This document shows positions 61,201 through 64,000 of a DNA stretch of 64,000 bases, piece by piece. The notes beneath the pieces were generated by a model, which saw only the letters and a program-made list of their open reading frames with translations, did not search any database and was not told where the DNA came from. The translations under genes and the position numbers were made by a program. Every line of letters starts with the position of its first letter. Position 1 is the stretch's first letter. The stretch is from Bispira polyomma (lineage: Eukaryota), in contig OZ287752.1 in assembly GCA_965649765.1 (NCBI GenBank), positions 86,552,001-86,616,000 on the forward strand, written 5' to 3'.

Positions 61201-63030
61201 ACCGTCACCTGTCACTCATCTAACTGGAGTACAGCAAACCGTCACCTGTCACTCATCTAACTGGAGTACAGCAAACCATCACCTGTCACTCATCTAACTG
61301 AAGTACAGCAAACCATCATCTGTCATTCATCTAACTGAGGTACATCAAACCATCATCTCTCATTCATCTAACTGAAGTACAGCAAACCATCACCTGTCAT
61401 TCATCTAATTGAGGTACATCAAACTATTACCTGTCACTCATCTAACTGGAGTACAGGATACCATCAACTGTTATTCATCTAAATACAGTACAGAAAACCA
61501 TCATCTCTCATTCATCTAACTGAAGTACAGCAAACCATCACCTGTCACTCATCTAACTGAGGTACAGCAAACCATCACCTGTCATTCATCTAACTACACT
61601 ACAGCAAACCATCACCTGTCACTCATCTAACTACAGTACAGTAAACCATCACCTGTCACTCATCTAACTACAGTATAGCAAACCATCACCTGTCATTCAT
61701 CTAACTGAAGTACAGCAAACCATCACATGTTATTCATCTAACTACAGTACATCAAACCATCACCTGTCATTCACCTAACTGGAGTACAACAAACCATCAC
61801 CTGTCATTCATCTAACTGGAGAACAGTAAACCATCACCTGTCACTCATCTAACTGAAGTACAGCAAAACATCACCTGTTATTCACCTAACTGGTGTACAG
61901 CAAACCATCACCTGTCATTCATCTAACTACAGTACAGCAAACCATCACCTGTCACTCATCTAACTGGAGTACAGCAAACCGTCACCTGTCACTCATCTAA
62001 CTGGAGTACAGCAAACCATCACCTGTCGCTCATCTAACTGAAGTACAGCAAACCATCACCTGTTATTCATCTAACTGAGGTACATCAAACCATCATCTCT
62101 CATTCATCTAACTGAAGTACAGCAAACCATCACCTGTCATTCATCTAATTGAGGTACATCAAACTATTACCTGTCATTCATCTAATTGAGGTACATCAAA
62201 CCATCACCTGTCATTCATCTAACTACAGTACAGCAAACCATCACCTGTCATTCACCTAACTGGAGTACAGCAAACCATCACCTGTCATTCATCTAACTGG
62301 AGTACAGCAAACCATCACCTGTCACTCATCTAACTGAAGTATATCAAACCATCACCTGTCATTCATCTAACTGAAGTACAGCAAACCATCACCTGTCACT
62401 CATCTAACTGAAGTACAGCAAACCATCACATGTTATTCTTCTAACTACAGTACAGCAAACCATCACCTGTCATTCATCTAACTGGAGTACAACAAACCAT
62501 CACCTGTCATTCATCTAACTGGAGAACAGCAAACCATCACCTGTCACTCATCTAACTGAAGTAGAGCAAACCATCACCTGTTATTCATCTAACTACAGTA
62601 CAGCGAACCATCACCTGTCATTCACCTAACTGGTGTACAGCAAACCATCACCTATCATTCATCTAACTACAGTACAGCAAACTATCAACTGTCATTCATC
62701 TAACTGGAGTACAGCAAACTATCACCTGTCACTCATCTAACTGAAGTACAGCAAACCATCACCTGTCATTCATCAAACTGGAGCACAGCAAACCATCACC
62801 TGTCATTCATCTAACTACAGTACAGCAAACTATCACCTGTCATTCACCTAACTGGAGTACAGAAAACCATCACCTGTCATTCATCCAACTGAAGTACAGC
62901 AAACCATCATCTCTCATTCATCTAACTACAGTGCAGTACACCATCATCTCTCATTCATCTAACTACAGTACAGCAAACCATCACCTCGCATTCATCTAAC
63001 TGAAGTAGAGAAAACCAACACCTGTAACTG
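58276..63030. repeat. 37-bp tandem satellite, ~128 units, with higher-order repeats
   Basis: Consensus AAACCATCACCTGTCA(T/C)TCATCTAACT(GGA/GAA/ACA)GTACAGC; unit starts at 58276 and 58313. Diagnostic variants recur at offsets 1184 (32 units), 1591 (43 units) and 2775 (75 units). Confidence 0.97.
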
Positions 63031-63239
63031 TCATCTCCCTAACAGAAGAAGCTGGATCACAGCAGCTGGATAATGACATAATTTATATCAACATATCCAC
63101 AATTCTTCAGCCTTACCCTCTAAACCACTGCAAACACTTTTTGGGATTTAGGTGTAGTGTTTTCTATCATATAAATGTAGTACACATATTACTGTTAAAA
63201 CTATATTATCTTGATACTTGTCTTTAATTCAGTAACCCT

Positions 63240-63548
63240 GAGATAGGAAAGAGACTTTCTATTTCCTCTGTTAAACCCACCAAGATGGTTGGATCTAGAG
63301 GTTTCTCTATCGCTGCCCCTATGTTATGGAATAGTCTCCCTGTTAAGCGTAGATCACCAGAACAATTTTTGGGTGTAGCAGAAAACATATCACTTTTGAC
63401 TCACTTCTCCCCTTAGTTCCCTCCTTGTACACTCCCACATCCTTCCTCACAATCTGGCAATGTCTTTTTAGACTTCTCGATTGGTTGATTGATTCAGTTG
63501 TTTTGTTTGAGAAGATCCCTCGCATCAATAAGGCACGTCAAAAAATGC
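63240..63548 (+). mobile_element. Decayed L2 LINE 3' end
   Basis: VKPTKMVGSRGFSIAAPMLWNSLP, plus a 3' UTR GACTTCTCGATTGGTT...GAAGAT.CCT.GCATCAATAAG shared with 9760-9830. Confidence 0.7.
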
Positions 63549-64000
63549 AAAATTCGATATAGTAGAACTATGCACCACATACATACACAGAAGGAAAAAT
63601 TGTTGTCTGTATAATACCCAATGTATAAATTTGTAAAAAGAAATATTCTAATTAGACAAAATAACATGCAATGTGTTAACTTAAGGATGTCCTTACTTGA
63701 GACCTACAATGCTCATCATAATATTCTACTAATAAGTAATTTGAGTTTAAAAACAAAGCCCCGGAGAATGTATTGTTGTCTGTAAAGAATCAGCTGTATT
63801 ACATTTTACATACAGTTGTTTACCAATGTCATTCCAGTTTGGCTGTAGTAATTTCTGTTTTAAAATTTTACAGTGATCTGATATAAAGTTATACACAGTT
63901 TACATGTATTTTATATTATTGTATAAATCTACCACAAGATAGATAATGTGAATGTAATTATATTATTCTAATAGACCCAGTAAAACACAGATAAGATCAA

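Noticed and set aside
58276-63030. CRISPR array (37-bp repeats)
   Set aside because: Units are head-to-tail with no unique spacers, there are no cas genes, and the context is eukaryotic. It is also non-coding: 37 is not a multiple of 3 and there is no long ORF.

Overview
AT-rich metazoan genomic DNA with one 173-bp N gap. The repeat repertoire (tRNA-derived SINEs, many L2/CR1 relics) suggests a marine invertebrate, probably a lophotrochozoan; this is an inference. The window is mostly transposable elements. It holds three mutually divergent tyrosine-recombinase (YR) retrotransposons of the DIRS order, Ngaro-like with no methyltransferase domain: 11063-16607 (-), 28861-34059 (-) and 43600-50116 (+, with a complete A1...B1-A2...B2 split-direct-repeat structure). 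It also holds a near full-length L1/Tx1-clade LINE (~51.1-58.1 kb), a 37-bp satellite of ~128 units with higher-order structure, a TTAA-flanked MITE, a TE-inflated segmental duplication, and one host-gene exon (glycosyltransferase family 92) with an in-frame stop just before its HYR motif. Two candidate new systems stand out. (1) The LINE ORF1 protein is an intact L1-type coiled-coil/RRM/CTD protein fused to a complete C-terminal NADAR (YbiA/DUF1768) domain, which may be a retrotransposon-borne ADP-ribosyl eraser. (2) All three YR elements conserve a phase-1 splice donor (ACAG|GTA) in mid-gag and a phase-1 acceptor (TTGTAG|) just before the recombinase. This predicts an in-frame spliced Gag(N)-YR fusion that skips RT/RNase H. 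All three also carry an array of TTAAGGTNACCTTAA-like palindromes downstream of the recombinase, and elements 2 and 3 show -1 frameshift signals for Gag-Pol. All assignments come from reading motifs by eye; no database search was run.
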